This document shows positions 10,398 through 20,438 of a stretch of 64,000 bases of DNA, piece by piece (positions within the stretch are counted from its first letter, which is position 1; each line of letters starts with the position of its first letter). The notes below the pieces were generated by a model that saw only the letters and a program-made list of their open reading frames with translations, was not told where the DNA came from and ran no database searches. Location of the stretch: positions 18,218-82,217 of the forward strand of contig DASPGH010000131.1 in NCBI GenBank assembly GCA_035620735.1, written 5' to 3'. The translations under genes were made by a program, and so were the position numbers. The stretch is from Acidimicrobiia bacterium (GTDB lineage: Bacteria > Actinomycetota > Acidimicrobiia > Spongiisociales > ZC4RG35).

Positions 10398-11259
10398 ACA
10401 TTCCTCTCAGGTGCTTTCGGGTTACGGCAGTGTAGATCTGGGTCGTGGCCAGGTCGGTATGTCCCAACAGATCCTGGACGGTTCGCAGATCGGCCCCACC
10501 TTCGAGCAGGTGGGTGGCGAAGCTGTGCCGGAGGGCGTGAGGGAATGTGGCGAGGTGTCGGGTCACTGCCCGTCGCAGGCTGCGTGGGGTCATCGGAGCA
10601 CCTCTAGAGCCGACCCAGAGAGCGTTGCCGGCCGCCTCACCCGCCAGTCGTGATCTTCCCGAGCTCAGATAGTGGCGGAGAGCCTCCTGCGCCGGACGTC
10701 CCAGCGGGACGGTTCGCATCTTCCCCCCTTTCCCCCGCACCCGGATCAGGTCGCCATCTGCATCCCGGGTGGTCAGGCTGGCCAGCTCGGAGACACGGAG
10801 GCCCGTCGCGTAGAGAGTCTCGACGATTGCCCGATCACGCAGTCCCACCGGGTCTCTCGTGTCGATGGCTTCGATGGCCGCCGCCATCGCCCGCGCCGTG
10901 ATCGCATGGGGAAGTGGTCGGTTCAGCTTTGGTGTGGAGACGCCTTCGAAGGGGTTGGCCGAAACCAACCCGCGGGTGGCCGCGTCTCCGTAGAAGGCTC
11001 GAATCGACGAGGCTTTTCGTGAGATGGTCGCTCGCGAATACCCGAGTGTGTCCAGAAACGCCAGATAGCGGCGGGCTGTGCGACGGTCCGGCTCGACGAT
11101 GCTGCGTTGCCCCGAACGTTCGCAGTAGTCGAAGAACTGAGAGAGGTCGCGGCGATAGGCATCGATCGTGTGATCGGACAATCCTCTTTGATCGCCGAGA
11201 CGGGCCAGGTACTTCTTCAGGTCGGGACCGGCCCAGTCGGGGATCACGGGGACACGCAT
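10372..11259 (-). CDS. xerC: Tyrosine recombinase XerC
   Basis: Phage-integrase fold with the catalytic R..HxxR..Y residues ([36 protein letters not shown]). Confidence 0.9.
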   Translation of the reverse strand: MRVPVIPDWAGPDLKKYLARLGDQRGLSDHTIDAYRRDLSQFFDYCERSGQRSIVEPDRRTARRYLAFLDTLGYSRATISRKASSIRAFYGDAATRGLVSANPFEGVSTPKLNRPLPHAITARAMAAAIEAIDTRDPVGLRDRAIVETLYATGLRVSELASLTTRDADGDLIRVRGKGGKMRTVPLGRPAQEALRHYLSSGRSRLAGEAAGNALWVGSRGAPMTPRSLRRAVTRHLATFPHALRHSFATHLLEGGADLRTVQDLLGHTDLATTQIYTAVTRKHLRGMYDQSHPRA

Positions 11260-11307
11260 GGGTCTGATGCTATTGGGCGAGCTGGAGTTCCCTGTGATCT
11301 TGGCGAA

Positions 11308-12129
11308 TCAAGCTGGCATCACGTGGTCGCCGTATCGCTTGACCCTCCCTTCCATCTCGAGCCGACCCAGCTTGATCAGCGACTCGGTCACGGTAAGTGA
11401 CCAGAGAGCGGGCAGGTCCCTTATCTCGACTCCCTCGGAGGGGATTCCGTGCTCGGTGTCGAGTGCGGGAGCAGGCGGACCAAGGATGAGGCTCAACTCC
11501 TCGATCAGATCGGCACTGCCGAACACGGGGTGTGCCCCGTCCCTGATCAGACGGTTGCAGCCCTCGGACATCACCCGGTCGACGTCCCCGGGAACGGCGA
11601 ACACGGGTCGCCCGAGCTCGGCGCCCAGACGCGCCGTGATCAAAGCACCACCGGTGGCGGCGGCCTCGACGACGACGACCGCAGACGAGATCGCTGCCAG
11701 GATGCGATTGCGGGCCGGGAATCTCCAGCGATCCGGCGGTGTTCCGGGCGGATACTCGGAGAGAAGGGAGCCACCGGAGCTCAGGATCTGGTCGTAGACG
11801 GGCTTGTTCTCCTTCGGGTAGCACACATCGATCCCGGAGCCGAGCACGGCGACGGCGTGCCCGGAGACAAGGAGACAGCCCCTGTGGGCCGCCGTGTCGA
11901 TGCCACGGGCCAGACCGCTCACCGTCGTCCACCCCGCCCGAGCGAGCGCCATCCCGAAGGCCTCGGCGAGGTCCACTCCGTAGCGTGTGCACCGCCGGGT
12001 GCCCACCACCGCCACCCCGGGTCTCTCCAGCAGAGTCCCTCTCTGCCAGAGCACCGGCGGGTCCTCGAGGTCACCGAGACCGACGGGGTAGCCGTCGGAG
12101 CCGGGGGAGATCTGGAAGGGCTTCACCAC
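11308..12129 (-). CDS. dprA: DNA processing protein DprA (Smf)
   Basis: Rossmann-like DprA core (VVGTRRCTRYG ... LARGIDTAAHRG ... FAVPGDVD). The start overlaps comM. Confidence 0.85.
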   Translation of the reverse strand: MVKPFQISPGSDGYPVGLGDLEDPPVLWQRGTLLERPGVAVVGTRRCTRYGVDLAEAFGMALARAGWTTVSGLARGIDTAAHRGCLLVSGHAVAVLGSGIDVCYPKENKPVYDQILSSGGSLLSEYPPGTPPDRWRFPARNRILAAISSAVVVVEAAATGGALITARLGAELGRPVFAVPGDVDRVMSEGCNRLIRDGAHPVFGSADLIEELSLILGPPAPALDTEHGIPSEGVEIRDLPALWSLTVTESLIKLGRLEMEGRVKRYGDHVMPA

Positions 12130-13553
12130 GAAGCCCTCAGAGCCATCGCCTCGGCGATGTGGTCCTCATCGATCGTCTCCATTTCCGCAAGAGCGGAGAT
12201 CGTCCCGGCGACGAGACGTATCTTGTCCACGCCGCGCGCGGTGAGGTACCCGTTCTTGAGGGCTGTGGTCAGATGCCCACGGGCAAGTTCGGTGAGTTGC
12301 CCTTGTCGCTGCGCCAACAACGCCGAGGCGGCGACGACACGTCGACGGACTTCCTCGGTCGACTCGACGGGCTCGCCCAGGGCCCGGGCAGTGAGCCGGT
12401 CGACCTTGACGACGAGGTCGAAGCGATCGAGCAAAGGCCCCGAGACACGTTGCCGATATCGGGCGATGGCAGCGGGCCGGCACTCACACGGCTTGCGATG
12501 ATCACCGAGATAGCCGCATGGGCAGGGGTTGGTCGCTGCGATCAGATGGAACGAAGAGGGAAACGTTGCCGTCACTCCCCTTCGCGCCACCGTCACCTTC
12601 CCGTCCTCCAGCGGTTGCCGCAGCGTGTCGAGGTTGCCCCGGGGGAACTCGGCCATCTCGTCGAGAAATAGCGTCCCCCGGTGGGCCAGAGACACCTCAC
12701 CCGGGACCGCCACCCCCGAGCCACCACCCACGAGCGCCATCCGTGACGCCGTGTGATGGGGAGACCGAAACGGCCGCCTCCGGCTCAGCCCGCGCTCGAG
12801 ACCTGCGGCGGCATGGATGAGAGCGACCTCGACCGCCTCGGAATCGGTCAGAGGCGGCTGCAGCCCGTTGAGACGGCGGGCCAGCATCGTCTTGCCACCA
12901 CCCGGAGGCCCGTGAAGCAGGAGATGGTGACCACCGGCGGCCGCGATCTCGATCGCCCGACGAGCCATCGGCTGGCCCCTCACCTCGGACATGTCCTCGG
13001 GCTCGGCCGCCCCGTCACTCGGGTGAGGCGCCACCCCCGGGGCGGTGTCCAATCCTCGACGCAACAACTCGACCGCCTCCGCCAGAGACCCGACACCGTG
13101 CACACGCGAGCCGGGTACTGCGGCCACATCGGCAGCAGTACCCTTCCCCACCAGGCAAGGGATACCCGATCGTGCCGACAGGACAGCGGCGCCCAGTGTG
13201 CTCGGCCCGGAGCGGACACTCCCGTCCAGGGCCAGTTCTCCAACGACAACCGCTCTCCCGGGGCCGGGGATCTCATTGCTGGCGGCCAAAACCCCCAACG
13301 CGATAGCCAGGTCGTAGTCAGTGCCCGATTTCGGCAGATGTGCCGGGGCCAGGTTCACCGTCACGGTTCGATTGGGGAATTGGATGCCGGAGGAGGCAAC
13401 TGCGGCCCGCACCCGATCCTTGGCTTCCCGCACCGCGGTGTCCGCCAGCCCGCTGAGCTTGAACGTCTCGTTCTGTCTTCCCACGTGGACCTGGACCTCG
13501 ACAGCTCGGACGTCTCCCCCGACGAGCGCCACCGACGTGGTCGCTGCGTACAT
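12123..13553 (-). CDS. comM: Mg-chelatase-like AAA+ ATPase ComM/YifB
   Basis: Lon-like N-domain, Walker A (GPPGGGKT) and the ComM C-terminal zinc motif (NPCPCGYLGDHRKPCEC). Confidence 0.9.
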   Translation of the reverse strand: MYAATTSVALVGGDVRAVEVQVHVGRQNETFKLSGLADTAVREAKDRVRAAVASSGIQFPNRTVTVNLAPAHLPKSGTDYDLAIALGVLAASNEIPGPGRAVVVGELALDGSVRSGPSTLGAAVLSARSGIPCLVGKGTAADVAAVPGSRVHGVGSLAEAVELLRRGLDTAPGVAPHPSDGAAEPEDMSEVRGQPMARRAIEIAAAGGHHLLLHGPPGGGKTMLARRLNGLQPPLTDSEAVEVALIHAAAGLERGLSRRRPFRSPHHTASRMALVGGGSGVAVPGEVSLAHRGTLFLDEMAEFPRGNLDTLRQPLEDGKVTVARRGVTATFPSSFHLIAATNPCPCGYLGDHRKPCECRPAAIARYRQRVSGPLLDRFDLVVKVDRLTARALGEPVESTEEVRRRVVAASALLAQRQGQLTELARGHLTTALKNGYLTARGVDKIRLVAGTISALAEMETIDEDHIAEAMALRASW

Positions 13554-13747
13554 GCTGACGAACGTACGTCCACCGGGCGACTGCTTCTAGGGGGTCGTCA
13601 GATCCACTCTTCTCGGCCAGATCGATCTGTGGGTCTCCAGACAACCATGAACGCACATTGCTGCACTGCACAAACCACCACCCGATCAGTGGGACGCCAG
13701 ACAACCCTCGGCGCACCTTTTTTTCCACCACAGAGGAGGGTGCCCGC

Positions 13748-15148
13748 CTACACAGTGAAGGCGACCGAACCCGTGCGACGGGCGTCGGCGTGGGCATGGA
13801 GATGGCCGTCGAGGAGGGCGGCGCCGTTGACACCGCCGAAGTACATGTGCGGGGCCTCGAACTCACGGACCTCGAGAGCGATGTGGTCCAGGTCTTGACC
13901 GGGCTCGGCGGCGAGCCGAACTCCAAAGTCACCGAATTCAGGATGGACACGGGGATGGTCGATGGCCCGTTGCAGACTGTCCCCCTCGGCGAGCCGGAGG
14001 AGAGTCGTCGCCACAGCCGTGGTGATTCGGTCGGCGCCGGGGGATCCCAGGGCCACCGCGTCGTCGCCGGAGCGGCCGACCGTAGGAGCCATGTTCGATG
14101 GGAGCCTCTCGCCGGGCACACCCGGTCCGTCAACCAGCTCCAACTCGCCCAGGGCGTTGTTCATGAGCATGCCGGTTCCCGCTGGGATGATCCCCGACCC
14201 GTACCCTGCTGAGAGAGAAGCGGCCGCCACTCCCCCATCCTCGTCCACTGCCGCCACGCTGACGGTCGAGGGTGACCGGAGGCCGGTAGCGCCAAGTCGC
14301 TCCTCGAAAGCCTGCACCAGGGCCATGGCTCGGGCCTTCGTCCCTCCGCTGTGGGCGAGATCGAGCACCCGGGCGACGGTCATTCCGCCAATCGCGGGCG
14401 CAGGGTTGTGGGCCAGCCGCCAATTGCCCAAATGGCTGATCAGGGGCTCCCTGGCAACGGCCTGGTACGACTCCATGTCGGCCATGGTGAGCCGGCTCCC
14501 CCGCTCCGCCAGGTCCTTCACCATTTCCCTGCCCAATTCACCCTCGTAGAAGACTCGAGCGCCTTCCTCACCGATTTGCCGTAGGGTCCCGGCGAGACCG
14601 GGGAATATGATGATGTCACCCTCAGGATGTGACCGCTCGCCGACGAACAGGGCGTCGCGGGCAACGGGATCACTCGTGTAGATCGGAGCGGCCCCGTCGT
14701 TCAGATACAGGTAGCAAGGAGCGCTCAGAGGGAAACCGTCGTCGACCGCTGCCGCCACGACATCCATGAGCAGAGCCCAGGGGGCCCGGCCGAACATCTT
14801 CGAGGTGAGATCGAGACCGGCAAAGACGCCCGGCACAGCGATCGAGCCCGCATCGACGAGGGTGGTGACTCCCCCTCCGTATGCCATCGAGACCTCCCGC
14901 ACGACAGCCTCACCCTCGAACCCGATGCCGGGAAACGACATGTAGCCGTCGACGACGACTGGGTCCTCACCGGGGATGTCGATGGCCAGGAACCCGCCAC
15001 CGCCAGGACCGCACACCCCCGGCTCGGTGCACATGGCGGTCAGCGCGGCCACGATGGCGACGTCTCCCACCGAGCCGCCCTCCTCGCCCACGGCCACCGC
15101 GGCGTCCGTGACGACGCTCGACGGTCCCGCTACGGCGATTCGAGGCAC
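13748..15148 (-). CDS. ggt: Gamma-glutamyltranspeptidase family protein (no signal peptide)
   Basis: Both GGT subunit regions are present, including the nucleophile region (PSTVSVAAVDEDGG) and the small-subunit motif (GSGIIPAGTGMLMNNALGE). Confidence 0.8.
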   Translation of the reverse strand: MPRIAVAGPSSVVTDAAVAVGEEGGSVGDVAIVAALTAMCTEPGVCGPGGGGFLAIDIPGEDPVVVDGYMSFPGIGFEGEAVVREVSMAYGGGVTTLVDAGSIAVPGVFAGLDLTSKMFGRAPWALLMDVVAAAVDDGFPLSAPCYLYLNDGAAPIYTSDPVARDALFVGERSHPEGDIIIFPGLAGTLRQIGEEGARVFYEGELGREMVKDLAERGSRLTMADMESYQAVAREPLISHLGNWRLAHNPAPAIGGMTVARVLDLAHSGGTKARAMALVQAFEERLGATGLRSPSTVSVAAVDEDGGVAAASLSAGYGSGIIPAGTGMLMNNALGELELVDGPGVPGERLPSNMAPTVGRSGDDAVALGSPGADRITTAVATTLLRLAEGDSLQRAIDHPRVHPEFGDFGVRLAAEPGQDLDHIALEVREFEAPHMYFGGVNGAALLDGHLHAHADARRTGSVAFTV

Positions 15149-15204
15149 AGCGGGAGGATAAGCGGCTCGCTTCCACCCGATGTTGCGCTTCTAGGCTCCT
15201 CACC

Positions 15205-15642
15205 GTGAAAGGGATGGACATCGCGGTGGCGGAGGCCCGACTCGGCCGGGACGAGGGAGGCATTCCAATCGGCTCCGCCCTCCTCATCGGGGATGAGGTG
15301 CTGGGTCGGGGCCACAACCGTCGTATCCAGAGAGAGTCGGCGATCCTGCACGGGGAGATGGACGCACTCGAGAGCGCGGGACGTCTGCCGGCCGCCATCT
15401 ACCGCGAGGCCACCATCTACACCACCCTCTCACCCTGCGACATGTGCACCGGCGCCATACTCCTCTACGGAATCCCCCGGGTTGTCGTCGGTGAGAACGA
15501 GACATTCATCGGAGGAGAGGATCTACTGAGGAGGAGAGGAGTCGAGGTCGAGGTCCTGGACGATGAGCGATGCATCGAGATGATGCATGTGTTCATCGCC
15601 GACAATCCCGAGCTCTGGAACGAAGACATCGGAGAGACCTGA
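15205..15642 (+). CDS. Cytidine/deoxycytidylate-type zinc deaminase, resembling the small cytosine or guanine deaminase class
   Basis: GTG start. Has the H(A/G)E and PCxxC zinc motifs (HGEMDAL, SPCDMCTGA). Confidence 0.7.
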   Translation: MKGMDIAVAEARLGRDEGGIPIGSALLIGDEVLGRGHNRRIQRESAILHGEMDALESAGRLPAAIYREATIYTTLSPCDMCTGAILLYGIPRVVVGENETFIGGEDLLRRRGVEVEVLDDERCIEMMHVFIADNPELWNEDIGET

Positions 15643-17970
15643 TCAGGGTGTTATCGCGGCCGCGAGCAGCTGGCCCAACCCCTCCACGGACTCGTCTTCG
15701 TGTAGATCGTCGTGGACACGAACGTGAAACGTGTCCACGACCTCATCTCCCCTGGTGTCGAGCTTGGCCAGACGCACGTCGAGGCCGCATTCCCCTATCG
15801 CCCCCAGTATCTCGGCGAGACGCCCGATCCGATCGCTGCATTTGACGACGACCACCACGTCGGACGTCGCCGGGTCGACTGAGCACTCAACGGACGGCTT
15901 CCGAGCGGGGGTCAGACCCGACTCGTAGGCCGAAGCCCGAGCCTCGACCTTGGCAACGGTGTCGAGCTCGCCACGGACCGCAGCCTCGATGTCGTCCCTG
16001 GCCCGTGTCCACCGCTCCTCGCCGATCTCGCCGCCGGTGCGATCGTGACGGACGTCAAAAGTGTCGACCACCAGCCCGTCCGACCTGGTGCTCATCCTGG
16101 CCGTGAGGACATCTATCCCGTTGGCTGCGAACGACTCGGCCACCTGGCGTCTGAATTCGGGCGAGGCTTGCCCGACCACGACGGCCCGCTCCACGGACCC
16201 GGCCTGGCGCACGGCGACGAGTGACCTCCCCCGTCGGGAGGCGATCGCCGCGACGTGCCACAGGACATCATCTGAGGTTGTGCCCAACAGGTAGTCGGCC
16301 GGCATGGCGTCGATGTGCTGTTCCACCCGGGCCCTGTCCTCGCCGGCGGCGACCACGACCTGACGACGGGTGGTCCCGATGGTTCGCTCGCCTTCCAGGC
16401 GCGCTGTCACGCGCGTGAACAATGTCCGCAACAGCTGGGCCTTCCACTCGCTCCACATCGTGGGACCGGTCGCTCTCCAATCCGCCACCGTCAAGAGGTA
16501 GAGGAGTTGGAGTCGACGGATGCTGCCAATGGTGTCGGCGATCTCGTCGATGACGGCCGGGTCGTCGAGATCTCTCCGGGTCGCAGTCTCTGCCAGAAGG
16601 AGGTGATGAAGCACGGCATGTTCGAGGTCCCCGGCCCAGACCGCCTCGACGTCGAGACGTCGGCAAAATCTGGCAGCGATCTCGGCTCCTGCTTCCGCAT
16701 GTGGCCTGTGCTGGCCTTTTCCCACGTCGTGGAGGAACCCGGCGAGGAGAAGAAGACCGTCTTCACCGAGATCACTCGCCACCCGATGGTATTCGCCATC
16801 GTCGGACATCAGGGCTCGCATCTCGGCGACAGTCCTCCAGAGATGGGCGTCGACCGGGTGCTCATGGAACGGAGCTAGTTGAGGGAGCCCTCGAACCACC
16901 CCCCACTCAGGCAGTACGTCGTCGAGCAGGCCCCCCGCCCAAAGACGCTCGAATGAGACCCGTCCCCTGTCGCCGGTCTCGAGGATCCACAGAATCTCGT
17001 CGATACCGGGGACACCATCCAGGGCAAGAGCATCGGCCCTGTTTGCGATGCGGAGCCAGACACGGCGACCAACGCCCTCATCTGGTTCGAGGACCTCGGG
17101 CCATCTCGCTCCCGCCATCCAGTCGACGGTTTGCAGCGCACTCACCAACTCCTCGGCGACGTCGAAAACCTCGGCCTCCAGCCACCGGGCCACCGGTTCT
17201 CGCAGATCTACCGAGAGCTCGTCGTGACGTCTGCCCGTGGCAACGTGGATCGCATTGCGGACACGTAGGAGTGTCTCACGGGCCTCGTCTTCGCCCGTTC
17301 CGGGCTCGGCGGAGAACCGGCCGATGAGAGACTCCCGACGTCGCTCCCACTCGAAGCCGTGAAGAACCCGCAGACCACCCCTACCCGTCTTGACGTTGAC
17401 GGCCATCCGCAGAAACGGGGTTTCTTCCCGTCTCCGTCGCTCCTCGGCGACAAGATGTCTGCGTAGGGGCCTGGCTCGGGTGACGGCGGTGACGGTCTCC
17501 ATCAGCGTCCCGTGGAGATCGGGATCACCGGCGACGAGACGACTCGTGAGAAGGGTGGTTTGGGTGTCGAATCTCTCCCGGGCCGCCGCAGCCGACTCCT
17601 TCACGGTTCGAACCGAGTGCCCGACTCGCAGCTTGGCGTCCCACAGGGGGCGAAACAGCAGAGCGGCCAACGCCGAGGGATCTTCGATGTCGTGAAGCAA
17701 CATGAGATCCACGTCGGAGTGAGGGCTTAGCTCACCGCGCCCGTACCCACCCAGTGCCAGGATCGCGACCCGCTGGGGAAGGGGCTGAACCATCGCCGCT
17801 ATCGCAGTGTCGAGCCCCCGGGTGAGAGCCGCACACACGTCATGACCTCCGCGACCGATGCGTTGTTCATGCAGCGAGTCGCGGAGGTCGATGAATGCGT
17901 CGAGTGATCGGCTCCCCGGTTCAGACGGCGTCGGCACCTCGCTCCCCCGTGCGGATTCGCACGGCGTCAT
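15643..17970 (-). CDS. glnD: [Protein-PII] uridylyltransferase / uridylyl-removing enzyme GlnD
   Basis: Contains a nucleotidyltransferase domain, an HD domain (LLAGFLHDVGKGQ) and two C-terminal ACT domains. The track ORF start at 18036 would overlap glnK by 116 nt. An internal ATG at 17970 or a non-canonical start is more likely, so the start is uncertain. Confidence 0.85.
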   Translation of the reverse strand: MTPCESARGSEVPTPSEPGSRSLDAFIDLRDSLHEQRIGRGGHDVCAALTRGLDTAIAAMVQPLPQRVAILALGGYGRGELSPHSDVDLMLLHDIEDPSALAALLFRPLWDAKLRVGHSVRTVKESAAAARERFDTQTTLLTSRLVAGDPDLHGTLMETVTAVTRARPLRRHLVAEERRRREETPFLRMAVNVKTGRGGLRVLHGFEWERRRESLIGRFSAEPGTGEDEARETLLRVRNAIHVATGRRHDELSVDLREPVARWLEAEVFDVAEELVSALQTVDWMAGARWPEVLEPDEGVGRRVWLRIANRADALALDGVPGIDEILWILETGDRGRVSFERLWAGGLLDDVLPEWGVVRGLPQLAPFHEHPVDAHLWRTVAEMRALMSDDGEYHRVASDLGEDGLLLLAGFLHDVGKGQHRPHAEAGAEIAARFCRRLDVEAVWAGDLEHAVLHHLLLAETATRRDLDDPAVIDEIADTIGSIRRLQLLYLLTVADWRATGPTMWSEWKAQLLRTLFTRVTARLEGERTIGTTRRQVVVAAGEDRARVEQHIDAMPADYLLGTTSDDVLWHVAAIASRRGRSLVAVRQAGSVERAVVVGQASPEFRRQVAESFAANGIDVLTARMSTRSDGLVVDTFDVRHDRTGGEIGEERWTRARDDIEAAVRGELDTVAKVEARASAYESGLTPARKPSVECSVDPATSDVVVVVKCSDRIGRLAEILGAIGECGLDVRLAKLDTRGDEVVDTFHVRVHDDLHEDESVEGLGQLLAAAITP

Positions 17971-18259
17971 AGACAGACACGACGATGATCTTGCCGTCGC
18001 CGATCTCACCGGTGTGGGCCGACTTCTCGATGGCATCTACGGCCACGCTGGCGAGATCATCGGTCACCAGCACCTCGAGACGGATCTTCGGCACGAAATC
18101 GACCTCGTACTCCGCACCTCGATAGACCTCGGTCTGACCTGCCTGTCTCCCGAAGCCGGAAATGTCACCCACCGACATCCCGGAGACGCCGACCGACTTG
18201 AGCGCCTCTCCCACCTGTTCGAGCTTGAACGGCTTGATGAAGGCGATGATGAGCTTCAT
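17921..18259 (-). CDS. glnK: Nitrogen regulatory protein P-II
   Basis: 112 aa with the P-II signature (MKLIIAFIKPFKLE ... GRQAGQTEVYRGAEY ... TGEIGDGKIIV). Lies between amt and glnD. Confidence 0.95.
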   Translation of the reverse strand: MKLIIAFIKPFKLEQVGEALKSVGVSGMSVGDISGFGRQAGQTEVYRGAEYEVDFVPKIRLEVLVTDDLASVAVDAIEKSAHTGEIGDGKIIVVSVYDAVRIRTGERGADAV

Positions 18260-19689
18260 TCGTTCCCTCCTTCCGAGGTCGGGACGGGCTCCCGGCCCGC
18301 CCCGCTGAACGCTGCGGTGACGACACCGGAGCCGACATGGGCCGGGTCATGACCGTAGCCAGGCGACCCGTGCTCCTCGACGTCGAGACCAGCGAGCTCC
18401 TCTTCGGGGCTGACCCGGAGCCCGATCGTTGCCTTGATCGCCAGGAAGAGCAGTCCTGCGGCAACCGTCACCCAAACGAAATGGACCAACACGAAGATCA
18501 GCTGAGTCCACAGCTGGTCGAGACCACCGCCGTAGAACAGACCCGCGTTCTCCCGACCGAGGAAGGCGTCGTCGTACACCGCGAACAGCGCTATGGAGAG
18601 CGTGCCCCAGGTGCCGACCACTCCGTGCACCGAGATCGCCCCGACCGGGTCGTCGATCTTGAGCCGATCGAACATCGACACGGAGAAGACGACGATCAGA
18701 CCGCCGATCGCTCCGATCACGATGGCGGCCCAGGTCTCCACGGCCCCCACAGGTGCGGTGATGGCAACGAGACCGGCGAGCAGACCATTGGCCGCGATCG
18801 AGACATCGGGCTTCCCGTCTTTGGACCAGTTCACGATCATGGCGGTGACCGCGCCTGCACATCCGGCGAGCAGCGTCTTGAGGGCGAGTTGCGGCACGAA
18901 CTCGTCGGCCAACAACTCCGACCCCGGATTGAAGCCGAACCACCCGATGAACAGGATCATCGCACCCAACACAACGAACGCGATGTTGTGTCCTGGGATG
19001 GCCCGCGGCTTGCCGTCCTTGCCAAACTTGCCGATACGGGGACCGAGGATGATCGCACCCATCATCGCCGCCCATCCTCCGGTGGCGTGGACGATCGTAG
19101 ACCCGGCGAAGTCCGAGAACGGGAATTCGAGTTGGGCCAGCCAGCCGCCTCCCCACGTCCAGCGGAGGACGACGGGATAGATCAACGCCGTGATGAAGAA
19201 GCTGTAGACGAAGTAGCTCTTGAACTTCGTTCGCTCCGCCATCGCGCCGGACACGATCGTTGCTGCCGTCGCTGCGAACGCCGCCTGGAAGAAGAAGAAC
19301 GTCGCCGGCAGCAACGGATCACCGACTGTCTCCTCCACACCGGCGATCCCTAGACCCCAGCCGAACCATCCGCCCAACAGCTCGCTGCCCCCGAATCCGA
19401 TGGCAAACCCGACCAGGGCGAAGGCGAGGACACCCGCCGACATGTCCATCAGATTCTTCATCATGATGTTGGCCACGTTCTTCGACCTCGTCAGACCTGC
19501 TTCCACCAGCGCGAAGCCGGCCTGCATGAAGAAGACGAGGACACCGGCGATGAATATCCACAGGTTGTCCAGGACGAACTGAGTGGCGAAGCCGGGGTCC
19601 TCCTGAGCCATCGCCGGGCTGGCGACGACCAAGACGAGGAGGGCGCCCAGCGCCGTGCCCATCAGTAGTTTTCTCTTGGCTCTCTTCAC
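18256..19689 (-). CDS. amt: Ammonium transporter Amt with an N-terminal signal peptide
   Basis: Amt signature (DFAGSTIVHATGGWAAMMGAIILGPR). Probable start is a GTG at 19689, preceded by GGAGG 6 nt upstream. The track ORF extends to 19893. Confidence 0.9.
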   Translation of the reverse strand: MKRAKRKLLMGTALGALLVLVVASPAMAQEDPGFATQFVLDNLWIFIAGVLVFFMQAGFALVEAGLTRSKNVANIMMKNLMDMSAGVLAFALVGFAIGFGGSELLGGWFGWGLGIAGVEETVGDPLLPATFFFFQAAFAATAATIVSGAMAERTKFKSYFVYSFFITALIYPVVLRWTWGGGWLAQLEFPFSDFAGSTIVHATGGWAAMMGAIILGPRIGKFGKDGKPRAIPGHNIAFVVLGAMILFIGWFGFNPGSELLADEFVPQLALKTLLAGCAGAVTAMIVNWSKDGKPDVSIAANGLLAGLVAITAPVGAVETWAAIVIGAIGGLIVVFSVSMFDRLKIDDPVGAISVHGVVGTWGTLSIALFAVYDDAFLGRENAGLFYGGGLDQLWTQLIFVLVHFVWVTVAAGLLFLAIKATIGLRVSPEEELAGLDVEEHGSPGYGHDPAHVGSGVVTAAFSGAGREPVPTSEGGNE

Positions 19690-19772
19690 TATCTGCCTCC
19701 TCCACGACCGCGGCTCTGTGTGAGATCGCGGTCTGGCTTGCTCGATCAGTGTCAGCAAAGTAGAGGCGACCG

Positions 19773-19799
19773 GTTTCACGCTCGTGGCGCTCGTGTTAC
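19773..19799 (-). promoter_or_regulatory. Three 5-mers phased at 11 bp (GTAAC-n6-GCCAC-n6-GAAAC on the coding strand) about 85-110 nt upstream of the amt start; a GlnR-box-like candidate operator
   Basis: Read directly from the sequence. Actinobacterial GlnR-type boxes are GnnAC-n6-GnAAC direct repeats. Coordinates are accurate to about 2 nt. Confidence 0.3.
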
Positions 19800-19868
19800 G
19801 ACGATGGGACGGCTTTCTGACATCTACCTGACAGCTATCTGTCTCGTTTTCAGACCCGCGTTGTTGGG

Positions 19869-20366
19869 CTAGCCACGCTCCTCGGCGGGACACAACAGGT
19901 ACCCGCGGGACCGGACGGTCCTGATTCGAAGACCCACCGTCTCGAGCTGACGACGGAGTCTCCCGACGTTGACATCGAGATTGTTGGCGCTGGCTTCGAG
20001 TCCTGGCCAGACCCGCTCACAGAGCTCCTCCCTGCCCACCACGGCGCCGAATCGCTCGATCAGCGGAGTGACCAACCGTGTCTGAATCGCGGAGAGCTCA
20101 ACGGTGAGGTCCTCGTATTCGAGGGTGCCGCCCTGATGGACCACCGGGAGCTCGTCGCGACGACGTCCGGTGCGCTCCTCGAGAGACCGAATACGAGCAT
20201 TGCGATCGGCTCGTGAGACGGGAAGACGCACCCAGTCCTCGAGCACGTCCAAGCAGATCGGGGGCTCTGCTTCGGGAGCGACCAGAAGGAGGCGAGGATG
20301 ACCCTCCCGGGCGAGATGGACACGCAATGACTCGTCGGACGGCCATTGGATCAGCGCCACATCCAT
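19869..20366 (-). CDS. Short atypical OmpR/PhoB-type winged-helix transcriptional regulator (165 aa with a truncated N-terminal domain)
   Basis: The C-terminal Trans_reg_C-like segment ends in RSRGY (ELCERVWPGLEASANNLDVNVGRLRRQLETVGLRIRTVRSRGYLL). The N-terminal ~70 aa lacks a full receiver domain. It lies directly upstream of amt. Confidence 0.6.
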   Translation of the reverse strand: MDVALIQWPSDESLRVHLAREGHPRLLLVAPEAEPPICLDVLEDWVRLPVSRADRNARIRSLEERTGRRRDELPVVHQGGTLEYEDLTVELSAIQTRLVTPLIERFGAVVGREELCERVWPGLEASANNLDVNVGRLRRQLETVGLRIRTVRSRGYLLCPAEERG

Positions 20367-20388
20367 GCCAGAAACCTAGGACTCGAGT

Positions 20389-20416
20389 ATTTCGATTCTG
20401 TTTCGGTCTGATAAAC
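20389..20416 (-). promoter_or_regulatory. Second set of 11-bp-phased repeats (plus strand ATTTC-n6-GTTTC-n6-ATAAAC) upstream of the short OmpR-type regulator
   Basis: The same GTTTC/GAAAC unit as upstream of amt, in a locally AT-richer patch at the regulator's 5' end. Confidence 0.25.
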
Positions 20417-20438
20417 GAACCCGAACAGCTGACAGCCG

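Noticed and set aside
13700-13720. T7 tract (CACCTTTTTTTCC) as a possible intrinsic terminator
   Set aside because: There is no stable hairpin immediately upstream on the plus strand and no plus-strand gene ending there. For the minus-strand GGT gene it reads as an A-tract.
17921-18036. Apparent 116-nt overlap between glnK and glnD
   Set aside because: This is an artefact of taking the most upstream start for glnD. An internal start (ATG at 17970, or a non-canonical one) removes or shortens the overlap.
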